DNA from: the human T2T-CHM13v2.0 reference genome, Homo sapiens
Direction: 5' to 3' (one strand)
DNA length: 64,000 nucleotides
Assembly: GCF_009914755.1 (NCBI RefSeq)
Contig: NC_060943.1
Positions 28,203-42,735 of the stretch are shown here, piece after piece (the first letter of the stretch is position 1; the number at the start of each line of letters is the position of its first letter). A program made the position numbers and the translations under genes. The notes beneath the pieces are model-generated. The model saw only the letters and a list, made by a program, of their open reading frames with translations, was not told the origin of the DNA and searched no databases.

Positions 28203-31200
28203 AAAATGAAGCGATTACTACCAATTCTAATAAAATAATGATTATGAAAGTAGTATAAATAATTGTATGCTAATAAATTGGATAACCTATATGAAGTAGA
28301 CAAACTCTTAGAAACACACAAATATATGAATAGAACTATAATCAGTAATAAGATTGAATCAATAAAAGTAATTGATGAAATTCAGTATTTTTTCATAATA
28401 AAAACATTCTAAGAATGGAAGGAAACCACCTCAACATAAAGGCAATATGTGAAAAACCCAATGCTAACATCATACTCAATAGAGAAAGACTGAAAGCTTT
28501 CCCTGTATGAGCAGGAAGAAGACAAGGATGCCTGCTTTTGACACTTTTATTCAATATAATATTGAAAGGTCTAGTCAGAAAAATTAGGCAAGAATTTTAA
28601 AAAAGACATTCAAATTGGAAGGAAGGAGTAAAATTATTTCTGTTTACAGATAACTTGAACTTATATGTAGAAAATCCTAAAGATGGAACAAATCTATTAG
28701 GACTAATAAATAAATTCAGTAATGTTGCACAATACAAAATCAACATTCAAACATCAGTTGTATTTCAATACACTAACCATGAACAATCTGAAGGGAAATT
28801 AAGAAAAAAAAATTCAATTTCTATTAACATCAAAAAGAATAAAATATTTAGGAATAAGTTTAACCAAAGAGGTGAAATGATTATACCCGAAATCTACAAA
28901 ATATTGCTGAAAGAAATGAAAGAAGACATCAATAAATTGAAAGACATTTTGTTTTCATGAATTGGAAGACTCAATTTGGTTAGGAGGACAGTGCTACCCA
29001 AAGTGAGCTGCAGATTCAATACAATTCTTATCAGAATCTCAGTGACATTTTTGCAGAAAAAGAAAAATCTGTCCTAAAATTTATATTGCATCTCATGACT
29101 CTAAATAGACACACAGCTTTGAAGAGGAAGAATGAAGCTGGAGGACTCACACTTCCTGATTTCAGCATTTACTACAAAGCCCCAGTAATCAATACAGTGT
29201 GGTACTGGCATAAAGGAGGACATAGAAATTAATGAAATATAATAACCTAGAAAGAAATGCTTGCATATATGGCCAAATGATTTTCATCGAGTGTGCCAAG
29301 ATCGTTCAATGGGGAAGGGACAGTGTTCTCACCAAATGATATTGGAAAAGCTGGATATCCAAGGGCAAGAAGAGTGGAACCTTTACCTAACACCATGTGC
29401 AAAAATTAACCCACAATACATGAAAGATCTAAATGTAAGAGCAAAAACTATACAACTCTTAGAAGAAAAGGTCCATGATACTGGATTTCACAATGATTTC
29501 TTGGTTGTAACAACAAAAGCATAGGCAACAAATAAAATTGATAAATTGGACTTCACAAAAATCAAAACCTTTTGTATATCGAAGAACATTATCAGGAAGG
29601 TAAAAAGGCAACCCATGAAATGATAAAAATATTTGCAAATTATATGTGTGATAAGAAATTAATTTCCAGAATACATGAAAAGCTACAAGTCAACAACAGC
29701 AGACATCCAAAAACCCAATTAAAAAATGAACAAAGGATTAAAATGGAGTTTTCTCCAAGGAAGATATACAAATATCCAATAAGCCCATGCAAAGTTCCTC
29801 AGCATCATGAATAGTTAGAGATATGCAAATCAAAACCACAATGTTACACCACCTCACACACTTGATGGGAATGGGAAATGTTATAGCCACTGTAAAAAGT
29901 GGTGTGGCTGTTTCTCAAAAAATTAAACAATAAATTACCATTTGATCCAGCAATTCCACTTCTGGACATACTCCACATAGAATTGAAAGAAATTTGAAGA
30001 AATATTTGTACTCTGATGTTCAGAGAAGCATTACTCACACTAGCCAAAAAATGGAAACAACCAAAAAGTCCATTGAAAGATAAGTGGGTAGGCAAATGAG
30101 GTGTATCTACAATTAAAATGTTATTCAACCTTAACAAGGAATAAAATTCCAATACATCGTGCAAAATGGATGAACCTTAAAGATATTATGCTAACTGAAA
30201 TAAGCCAGACACAAAAGGATAATTATCATATAATTCCATTTATAAAAGATAGTTAGAATAGCCAGTTACATAGAGACAGAATGTAGAATGTTGTGTGCTA
30301 AGGGTTATGGGGAGAAGGAGTGAGTTACTGTTTATTGGGTACAGAGGTTTAATATGGTAAGAGGAAAAAGTTCTGGAAATGGATAGTGTGATGGTTACAC
30401 AACACTAAATTGCACACTTAGAAATAGTTAATGGTAAGTCTTATATTAGATATATATAAAGTGTTTGGTAGTCTTACCCTCTCTATAATTACACACTTTT
30501 TGGCACTGCCCCTTTCCTGCGATGCAGAGCCCCAGGGGTGAATCTCCCTATTTCTCCAGCTCTGCATCAGTCACTATCCTCCGTGCTGTGTCCCACATGC
30601 TGTGCCCACAGCCTCATACAGCCGGTGACTTCAGAGCCAGGACGCAGCTCAGGAGTCTGCCCTGAGGCTCCCTCTCTTCTTATTTCCCTGCAGCCTGGCC
30701 CGGGGGAGGCTTGGCTTCAACTGGCAGCTCGATTTAGCCAAATTCAGGACAGGCCACCAGGGCTCTTTCTCCACACATGCTGGTCCCACCCCAGGTGGAG
30801 TCAGGCAGGGCCAGTCACCAGAGGAGCCTGGAGCAGAGCAGGAAGCAGAGTCTGAGCTGCTCCTCCCTCACCCAAGGGGCTTCCCCGTCTCATTTGGGGG
30901 AACAGTGTGAGCTTGTTTCAAAGCCTCAGATGTTCCTTGTAGCTCATGGAAGAGGTACAAGAAAACAAAGACGTGGCAGAAGGGGATGTGTTGGTGACAT
31001 CGAGAAGCAACTTGATCTTGAGGACTCTCCTTCTCATCCGTCTCTGAAGTCTCTTCTACCACATAGGGCTCAGGGCTGATAAAGCCCCCTCCCTAACTTT
31101 CTTAGGCCAGACACAAGGTCAGCCATGAGAAAACAAAAACAAGAAGAGAGTCTGTAGAGACAAATTGGGAGGGTTCAGGAGGAGAATTTGGGATTTGCTT

Positions 31201-31274
31201 GTGCCCATGGGACACAGGCTGGGAATAAAAATGTTTTCCTAACTCTTCTCTGAAAGCCAGATAGACTCCACCTA

Positions 31275-31688
<414 letters not shown>

Positions 31689-31916
31689 CTATGTTCACTG
31701 AGCTGAAGCCTGAGGTATTCACCTGTTTCTCCCCAATCACAAGCTATGGGCACCAAGTCTCCCATGACAAGAGCGTCCCCTCCCCTTATATTCTTGGTTA
31801 AGGCTGTGCCTACCCAGGATTTCCCAGGGCAGGGAGTCATGGCCAGCTCGGATGTCCAGAAGTAAAGGTGTCTATACTTGGACCGGAGAAAGACTGAGAG
31901 GACTGGCTTGTGGTCA

Positions 31917-32312
<396 letters not shown>

Positions 32313-33393
32313 TCAGAGTTGGCATCTCCCACCTGTCATCCCACGCGAGTCCTTGAAAGCCAATAGCTGGTGCATGTGTCACAAGACAGATGTATGATGA
32401 TCTAAGGGCTCAAAGACTGTGAGGCCGCCTGCTCTGTCTTAGGGAAGCATAGACTTTCTCAAGTGTCAATTGAGCAGCAGTGTTGGGTCATGGACAGACA
32501 CATCAGTAGGAGTCACAGCCCCTGGTACCCCTCCCAGTCCCTCCCTAATCAGTTGACTGGCTGGCTCACCTTGGGTTCCTTACCTGGAATATGCAACTGC
32601 TGGGCCCCTTCCAAATTCCATCCTACTTTGTCCCCCTAGACGTGATTTCTCTGCAGCTTCCATTTCCAAGGACATTCTAGAGATGAGTAATAATGGGACT
32701 TCCCATTGTCCTGAAACCCTGAATATACTGAGCAGCCTGGCCTGGGACTGGATGTTTCAGCAAAAATAAGACAGCAGAGACCATAGTCAAGCCTGGAGGT
32801 CAGTTCAGTCTACAGGCAGTGGAGGCAAAAGGTGGGGCAGTTTTTTGCAGGTGTTTCATGATGACTTACTTGAACCAGTGACCTCTAAAGATAGAGCAGA
32901 GTGCAAGGAATGATCTAGAAAGAGTGAAGGGGACAGGCAAGAGCTGGAGGCTTTGGAGCAGAACCATGTTGCCTGTCCTGCGTTCAAGTTTCCTCTCCTT
33001 CTGCAGAGGGCAGGTGAGGACCATGTGGATCTTTCCAGAAATACATGTGGACATTTGCATATGCAGAACTGATTGGTGGAAAGGGTGGGAATGAACTGCT
33101 GGAAATCTGGTCCTCATGGACCATGTGTGTTTGATGGATATGATACAAATTTAGAGAGAAGTTTTGCAAATATTTTATTTCATTGGACATTCTACTCTCT
33201 GATTCCATGGGTTCGACTACTCTAGGGACCTCATGTAAGTGGATTCCAGAGTGAATATGAGAAGAGACTGCTGGTTTCCAGGAGCTGGGAGTGGGGAGAA
33301 TCAGAAATTGTTCATGGGTGTGCAGTTTCAGTTATGCAAGGTGGGGAGGTTATAGAGATTGGCTGTCGAGCTTGATACCTATAGTTCACACAG

Positions 33394-33550
33394 ATTGAGT
33401 ATTTCTTATGCATAAGACTTAGGACAAAAAGTGTTTTGGATTTCTGACATTTTTTGATTCTGAAATATTTGTCATATACTTACTGGTTTAGCATCCCAAA
33501 TCTGAAAGATTCAAAATCTAAAATGCTCCAGTGAGCATTTCTTTTCAGCA
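33394..33550. mobile_element. Tigger/MER46-like DNA transposon remnant (copies also at ~36405-36625, ~57137-57300, ~60145-60365)
   Basis: 'agtgttttggatttc...tagcatcccaaatctgaaa...caaaatctaaaatgctccagtgagcattt' occurs once per A-B unit. Confidence 0.55.
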
Positions 33551-34318
33551 TCAGATTAGTAGGCAAAAGTGGGAGGTGATAAGCCAAAGATATTCTTGCC
33601 CTTTTTTTTTCTCTCACCACATTTCTAGCTTGGTGATTAGTTTTTGGTCAATTCCATACTGGCCATGCTGCACTCGTATGTTTTTGAAGGTTTTGGGATG
33701 TGAGAAAGCCTGATTGCTATTTTCTGTGTCATCAGAACTTTCCACCTTTTCATGGCTGCATCATCTTTTTCTCAGTGTTTGTGTTGTGGCAGTGATTAAT
33801 AACAGCCTGTCAGGTCAGATTTAGGACAGAGTTTTCTGATTCTGCAAAAAATTTTACTGCGATTCTGCTAGGGGTTGCATTGAATCTGCAACTCACTTTG
33901 GGTAGTATTGTCTTTCTAACAATATTGACTCTTCCAATCCATGAAAATGAAATGTCTTTCCATATATTGATATTGCATTTAATTTCTTTCAGCAATGTTT
34001 TGTAGTCTTCAGTGTATAATCATTTGACCTTTTTGGTTAAACTTATTCCAAAATAGTTTATTCCTTTTGATGTTAATGTGAATTGAAATTCTTTTCTTAA
34101 TTTCCCTTCAGATAGTTCATTGTTAGTGTATAGTGTAAAGAATGATCTAGAAAGAGTGAAAGGGACAGGAAAAGCTGGTGGTTTTGGAGCAGAAACATAT
34201 TCCCTGTCCTGGGTTTTTGATTTTCCCTCTCCCTTTGCAGAGGGCAGGTGGCTCTTCCCTGATAGCTAGATAGACTTCACTGGAAAACATATTGCCAGTC
34301 CTCCAGGGATCCACTCAC

Positions 34319-34573
34319 CAGGGACTATGATCCTCTTGATTATGAGATTTGTTCCACCAATGGCTGAGTTATGGATGAAACAGACATAGACCCCTCTATA
34401 TGTTTTGGTGATTTGGGGTATAAATAACACTTGTGCTGATTGCTGGAACTTCCCATCAATCAGCCAAGAATGCTCTGCTAGTGGGTGAGAGTCTGTGAGG
34501 CAGGAGAGCTTGGGGACTTCCCTTGTATGGTAATAGGTGTATGAGGAAGAAATGGTGGGGGCATCCAGGCCAT
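34319..34573 (-). pseudogene. PSG10P: B1 IgC-like exon (255 nt), open frame, intact splice sites
   Basis: HGLDAPTISSSYTYYHTREVPKLSCLTDSHPLAEHSWLIDGKFQQSAQVLFIPQITKTYRGVYVCFIHNSAIGGTNLIIKRIIVP; CTCCAG acceptor, GTGAGT donor. Confidence 0.92.
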
Positions 34574-34797
34574 CTGGAGCAAAGAGAATAAGGTCACAGG
34601 TGATATTGTCAGAGGGAAGGGAAAATCCTGGTCTGTGGAAGGGCCACAGTTGCCCCGTGAGCCAAGTCGCAACACTGAAGTCCCAAGAAAATCCCTGCTG
34701 TGTTCACTGATCTGGAGAGTGAGACATTCACCTGTTTCTCCCATCACAAGCTCTGGACCATGAGTCTCCCATGACAGGAGCAGCCTCTTTTCTCCTA

Positions 34798-35319
<522 letters not shown>

Positions 35320-37479
35320 TCAGAGTTGGCATTTCCAACCTCTCAGCCCACCCGAGTCCTTAAAAGCCCATGGCAGGTGTGTGTGTTACAAGACAGATGC
35401 ATGGCAATCTGAGGGCTCAGAGATTGTGAGGCTGCCTGCTTCATGTGGGAGAAGCACAGACTTTCTCAAGTGTGAATTGAGCAGCAGCATTGGGTCATGG
35501 AAAGACACAGGACCAGCAGTCACAGCCCCTGGTGCCTCTCTGAGTCCCTCCATCTCCAACTGCCTGCCTGGCCCACCTTTTGGTCCTCACTTGGAGCATG
35601 CAGTGCTGGAATCTTCTTAGCTTCAGTCTTACTTTGCCCCCGAGGCATGTTTTCTCTGCAGCTTCCCTTTCCAAGGACATCCTAGAGATGGATGATGGAA
35701 CTTCCCATTGTCCTTAAACCCTTTGGGTACTGGAAAGCCTGGCCTGGGACTGGGTACTTCAGCAGAAATAACACAGGGGAGACCAGAGTCAAGCCTGGAG
35801 GTCAGTTCAGTCATCAGGCAGTGGAGCCACAAGGTGGGGCAGTTTTCCCAGATGTCTCATAGTGACTGACTTGAGCCAGTGACCTCTAAAGATAGAGCAG
35901 AGTCCAAGGAATGACCTACAAAGAGTGAAGGGGACAGGCAAGAGCTGATAGCTTTGGACGAAGACCACGTTCCCTGTTCTGGGTCCATGATGCTCCCTTC
36001 CCCCTGTAGAGGGCAGGTGAGGACCATGTGGATCTTTCTGGAAATACATGTGGATGTTTGCAAATGCAGAACTGACTGGTGGAAAGGGCAAACATGAACT
36101 GATGATGGAAGTCTGGCCCTCATGGACCATATGTGTTTGGTGGATATTAGACCAATATTTGGGAAGAAGTCTTGCAGATACTTTCTCTCATTAGACATTC
36201 TACTCTCTGATTCTGAGTTTGACTACTCTATGTACCTGATATCAGTGGATTCCAGAGTGAATCAGAGAGTAGAATAGTAGTTTGCAGGAGCTGGGATCAG
36301 GGGAATAGGGCGTTGTTCCGTGGGTGTGCGGTTTCAGTTATGCAGGATGAGGAGGTTCTAGAGATCTCCTGTGCAGCCTCGTGCCTATACTTCATGCAGA
36401 TACAGTGCTCCTTATGCAGAAAGCTTAAAACAAAGTGTTTTGGATGTCTAATTATTTTTTTATTTTGGAATATTTGCAGTACATGTACTGGTTTAGCATC
36501 CCAAATCTGAAAAATTTAAAATCCACAATGCGCCAGTGAGCACTTCTTTTTAGCATCACATCAGTGGTCAGAAGTGTTGAGTTTTGAGCATTTCAGATTG
36601 TGGATTTCTGGATTTCAGATGCTCAATTTGTAATACTGTAATTTTCCCATAAAAAGTTTTCAGGACTTTAGACCTCATGTTATGTTCTGACTCTAGTAAC
36701 AAAAAAAAATTTGGAGGAAACATTGAAATGTTTTCATAAGTGGGAATTTTTACTGATGGTCCAAACATCTGAGATCAATTGCTGGTAGTAGTATTTCTCT
36801 TGAGGCCAACATAAGGTTTAGGTGTGCCATGAATTCCAGCAGGATCACATTATGCTCAAAGAAAGATGCCAAAGGTGATTTGAAATTAGCAACTCCTTAA
36901 GTAGAGAGAGTCCCGTTAAAAGGACAAAACTGGGTAGTGTGTCAATTACATAAAGGGAGGAATGATGCCAAATTAAAAGAAGTGATGTGTGTTATGTTAG
37001 TAAATATAGAAAGAACTCCCTGCTTCTGCTTTCTGTGCCGAGTTAGGAAAAATCGGGAGGAGCACAAAGCAGGTATGTGAAATACTTTCTTCGTTCTCTC
37101 TTAAGTTCAGGAAATAACACTAGAGTTTAAGTTTGTGTGAATTAGGAAGAGTCTAAGTGAGATGCCAATGGCTCGTGTGTCTCCCCACAGGAAGAACTCG
37201 AACTTATGAAAGCAGCATCATCATGAGGAAACAGTTGTATGTGGCACAGGCAGTAATACCATCAGATAGCACCCACCTGGCCACCTCCAGCTGGTCCCCA
37301 AAACCACCAGTATTCCCATTACATGTAGGTTACAGCCTTTGTAGTTGTCCCACAACAAAGAAATTTAAAAATTGCTATTGTCAAAACAAAATATTAAATA
37401 TGAAGGCGAATATGTTGTTCCACTTTTTTTCCCCACTCTTTTTGACCTTTCTTGTTTCAGTTTTGGAAGTTTCTATTGA

Positions 37480-37853
<374 letters not shown>

Positions 37854-38083
37854 ATCTCTGAAGGATTTTAACGAGTTGTTGACTTTTGAGTTTGTTCAGT
37901 TTTTACTTAGCGTTAGAACCGAGTGACAAATTTCAAGCTTGTTATATGCCTGACAGGAAGCCAGAAGTCTCTAGGAAGTGACTGGAGAATGTGAGCTCCA
38001 CAGCAGGTTGAGGATGGAGTCACGAGTGAAATGAGCCCATGGGCTTTGGGGACTGCAGGCCTGTCCAGCCTCTGACACCCTGG

Positions 38084-38868
38084 TGAGTCAGAGCAAAGAT
38101 TACAACAGTGACAGGAAACTAGCGTGGCTGACTCCATCTGGCATCTAGTCTCAGGCTGGCTGTCCTCACTCATTCCTGGGCATAGGCCAGGCTAACATTG
38201 GGAGGAATTTAGTTTATGGTTTAACTTTGAAACAAGAAAGATAATAGTACCTCCATAAAACTAACACCCTTACTTTGCCCAGGGGCTGCCTTTCTAAAAC
38301 TAGTGAAAGACCATGAGATTGAGATTATAGGAGGGAACCGAATTCTGCTACAATGTAGGCACAGTTTCTATAATCCCTGACTGATCAAATGTCATTTGGC
38401 CAGAGTTTACAAAATTTGTAACTAATTGCTCCCATAGATAACATCACTATTGCAGAACGTGAGATTAGTCTTTTGAGATGTTTTTCATTCTTTTGCATTC
38501 TGGCAACTGGCTGACCTCATCCATACCCATGACTAATGGCTCAGCCAGCCATGTGGTCCCTACCTAGAAGTGGATTCAAGCACAAACAGTTCATTTCCCT
38601 CCGCCCGCATGATTCCATCACCAAACAATCAGCAGTACTCATTTTTTAGTCCTGTGTCCCTGAAATCATCCTTGGAAATGTCTAACACCTGATCCACTGG
38701 GGAGGCTGATTTGAGTAATAATAAACCTCTGTCCTCCTGTTTGGCAGACTTGGAGTCATTAAAATCTTTCTTTACTACAAACCACCATTTCAATAATTTT
38801 TTTTTTGTGTGTGTGTTTGTGTCTGTGTGTGCAGAAGGCCAGAAGAACTTGTCTGGCAATGATAACAG
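38084..38868 (+). mobile_element. LTR8/LTR8B-like solo LTR in the N-A1 intron
   Basis: 'gactccatct...ctgtcctcactcattcctgggcataggccaggctaac...gggaggaatttagtttat...gggaggctgatttgagtaataataaa' matches recalled LTR8-family consensus. Confidence 0.75.
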
Positions 38869-40894
38869 TGGATGGAGAACTGCCTATCCCTGTCCCATGG
38901 TCTTGTCCACAGGTCAGCCTCACAAAGGGAAAGAGCCCTAGATGGGAATACATTGGAAGCTCATTCTCTTAGTGACCTGGGGACATTGGCTGGAGATAAA
39001 GCCCGGCAGGAGTGGCAACTCCAGGTGATTTCTACACCTTTCCTATTTCCTGGGAGGTGGGCCAGGCCACAGTGTTAGCAGGAAGGGAACAGAACTGCCA
39101 GACTAATTAGAGGGAGTGTCTGGGGAAGGCCTAGGTGTGGAGGAAGAAGCTGTGCAGGACAGGGCTTGCCAGTCAGAATGAAGTGGGAGGAAGATGAGGG
39201 ACACAGAGAAGCAGAGAGAGGCAGAGACACCATGGCAGTGAGCAGTGAGGGAGACACTGACTTCAGAGACCCCAGGTACCAGGTGCCCCCATTTCCTCAG
39301 TCCAGGACCAAGGAGCCCTGAGAACCCTCCGGTGGCCAAAGAGCTTCAGAGTTGCATGAGGTGGGGTGGCTTTAGGGGCAAGAGGTAGTAGGGGGATGAA
39401 ACATGGGTGTCAGCCTCTGAAGGACAAGGGACAGGTGTGGCTAGGACCTCCTAGGATTCTGCATCCAAGATCCAGTCTCTAAAGAGGTTTTGGATCATTC
39501 ATTTCTTCATTTGATTCCTTCATTTGTTATGTGAGAGCTCCTGAGTATGTGTCTCTGGCTGGGCCTGTGCTGGTGCAGGGTGTGAGTGGGGAAAGAAAAC
39601 AAGGTCCTCTCCTTGATCCTCTCATGACAGTAACATGGACACTTTGGGAAACACAGGATTTCAGGTTCAGTGATGGGGGTTAAGATCTGAGGGGGAGGCC
39701 TGGACATTTTTTTTGCACTGACTCTGATGGTTGAGGCAGGTGATTTAGTTCTGGAGTACAGACTAATCAGCTGACCATTTGCTCTCACTCCTCTGAGGTT
39801 TGGATGCCTAAGAAGAGAGGATTTGAGCCAATAAATGACTATGGGGTGCTTGAAACCCAGTAAGCCCTCACTTCTGGTGGAGGAGAGGATGGGCCTGTGG
39901 CTGCAGACAGACCTCATGTGACCCTGATCTCCCCTTTGGGTTTGTGTGACTCTGGTTCAAAGACTGTGCCTTCCTGTGCCTCTGTTTTCTCTCAATCAAA
40001 TAAGTTAACTGGCAAATGGACTGTGGCTTTTCATGCTATCTGTGAATAAATGTTAAAGTATTCACAGTCACCTGACTTAATGCTTGGCACAGTGGAGGTG
40101 TTCACACAAACAGCATTTATTATTAATTTGCTTCCATGAGAAAGCACATTTATGTCAGATCCCTGTGGACAAGCTGCTACCAGTTACACCTTCTCTCTTC
40201 TGTTTCTGCTTCCGGGAACATTAGACTTTCTATGGACTGTCCTGAGCCTCCCAAGGCAGTTGGCTGATGGCCTACAAAGCTTGTCTTTCTGTCCTCTCCA
40301 CTCTGAATGTCAGGTGAAGAAAGCTCTGTCCTTGCCCAGATGAGGCTCTGAGGGCTGAGCCCTAGCTGGTGAACAGCTGCAGGAGACACAGTCCTCAGAC
40401 AGCTGGAAAACCCTTGGTCCCAGTAAGCCCTGCCCAAGAAGCCACAACCCAGCCCCAGTACAGGCTCCTTAGATTTATCTGCAGCAAGGATTTAGGGACA
40501 AGGGTCTGGGGTTGAGGCTTCTAGGGCTGAGCTTCTCTGAGAGTATCTCAGGTGGCCTCTCAGGCCAAGCCCTACTCAGTTATCCAGGGTCTTTCTCAGG
40601 GTCAAATTTATGAAGAGGGCATGAGGTGCCTGGCTGAGACTGATCTCCTCCTGCTGAGTCCCCCCATCAGACTGTCCTTCCTCTGCAGCGAGTGTCTGCA
40701 GGGTCTGGATGTGGGAAAGGAATTCTGATCTGTTGAAATTTGTCTCCTCTGTGTGTGTCCTGCACTAAATGCCCAAACTCCAGCATGGGACATAATGCAG
40801 AGGGGGACACAGGCACAGTCCAGGCCTGACAATCCTGTGTGTGTGAAGTAGAAGTGACCCCTGTCCCCCAACACCCAGGGATCATGTGGAATCA

Positions 40895-41284
<390 letters not shown>

Positions 41285-41367
41285 TCAGTCAATATTGAGA
41301 CCTGTGTATTGGTGTGAAAACATGGGGCCCTGGGTCCTGAGAAGGTCTCTTCAGTCCTCAGCCTTGA

Positions 41368-41453
41368 CAACACAGACACACACACACATACAAACACACA
41401 CACACACACACAAAAGCGGCATGTGTGATTGTGTGTGTGTATGTGTGTGTGTC
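41368..41453. repeat. Inverted (CA)n/(TG)n microsatellite pair
   Basis: CA run 41368-41412 followed by TG run 41422-41453. Confidence 0.85.
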
Positions 41454-42119
41454 CTACTGTCCTACTAGGTCAAGGTCAGCAGCATGACGCCCATTCCTTC
41501 AACACTTCTGACCTTGGCATTTTTCTGTTTGGAATCCTCTTCCCCAGGGGTCCGCATGGCCCCCTCCACACTGCCCTCAGGTCCTGCTTACATCAGGGCA
41601 TCGTTAGACTTCTTTCCTGATGCCTGCTTCAGAGACCCTGGGTCTTCCCTTTCTGACCTTTCCCTGCTCTGCTCCCTCCAGGGTTCTTGTCAACACCTGA
41701 CCTCACATTCTAGATCTCTTTGCATGTCTGTCTTCCCCCCCATGACAGCGTGAGCTCCGTGAGGACAGGGACTTTTGTGATCTTGGTTGCACCCCAGTGC
41801 CTGGAACAGGCTGCAGACTCCTGTAGATGTGAGAGTTCTCAGGGCCCTCCATGCCCTGGGTGTTTTTTTTCTCCCAATTGTTGAGGTTTTTTGCTGAGGA
41901 CAGCATTTCATGTCCTGCTTATATTTTTATTTGAAGTGTCATCTGATATAGTTATTATTATCATTTTTCAAAATGTGCTGGCCTCTGATGATTAATCAGG
42001 AAAACAGAACACTTAAGATTTTCCTACCTCTTACCAATTCCGGTTCAATGTGACTTTCCTATTTTGACCCCTGTCCCTCTCTGGTGTATTTTCCCCTATC
42101 CAGGCATCAACAGAGCGTT

Positions 42120-42410
42120 CTTTCCTTTTTTTTTTCTTTTTTTCTTTTTTTTTTTTTTTGTGACGGATTCTCGTACTGTCGCCCGGGCTGACATTCAGTG
42201 GCACTATCTCGGCTAGCTGCAACTTCTGCCTCCCGGGTTCAGGTGATTCTCCTGCCTCAGCCTCCCGAGTGGCTAGGATTACAGGAGCACACCACCATAC
42301 CTGGTTAAATTTTTGTATTTTTAGCAGAGACAGGGCTTCACTGTGTTGGCCAGACTGATCGTGAACTCCTGATCTCCTGATCCACTCGCCTCAGCCTCCC
42401 AAAGTGCTGG
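42120..42410 (-). mobile_element. AluS-like in intron 1
   Basis: poly-T then antisense Alu body ending 'cccaaagtgctgg'. Confidence 0.85.
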
Positions 42411-42506
42411 CTTCTTTCATTTTTTAGAACCCCATCCTCTCCAGGAGACCCCATCCAGTCACTCTGCTTCCTCCTCCTGTCCTCTCCCAGGAAGTTCTCT
42501 CCTCAC

Positions 42507-42570
42507 CTGTGAGCAGGACCCCCTTCCATTTGATGTGCTGTGTGCAGGGAGGGGCTGAGAGGGGCCCCAT
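42507..42570 (-). pseudogene. PSG10P: Leader exon coding part (64 nt), [21 protein letters not shown]
   Basis: GAGACCATGG start context; donor ACAG|GTGAGG. Confidence 0.95.
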
Positions 42571-42670
42571 GGTCTCTGCTGCTTGTGTGTTCTCCTCTGT
42601 GGAGATGAGCCTAGGTTCCAGAAACTTCCTGAGCACGGCTGTAGGCTGTGCTGTCCTTCCTCCTTCTGCG

Positions 42671-42735
42671 CTGAGCCTCTTCCTGGGGCAGGAGCACTTC
42701 TCAGGCTCATGGGTGGGGTTAGGCCCAGGACACCT
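42671..42735 (-). promoter_or_regulatory. TATA-less PSG proximal promoter: Ets core CAGGAAG (42679-42685) and CCCCACCC KLF/Sp element (42711-42718)
   Basis: Motifs read directly; the CACCC box lies 141-148 nt upstream of the ATG, the recalled position of the PSG core promoter element. Confidence 0.75.

Larger units (their letters stand above)
27590..30450 (+). mobile_element. Old L1M ORF2 and 3'UTR fragments with internal gaps
   Basis: ORF2-like translations (LYVENPKD...LINKFSNVAQYKINIQ; KDLNVRAKTIQLLEE) and L1M 3'UTR. Confidence 0.85.
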
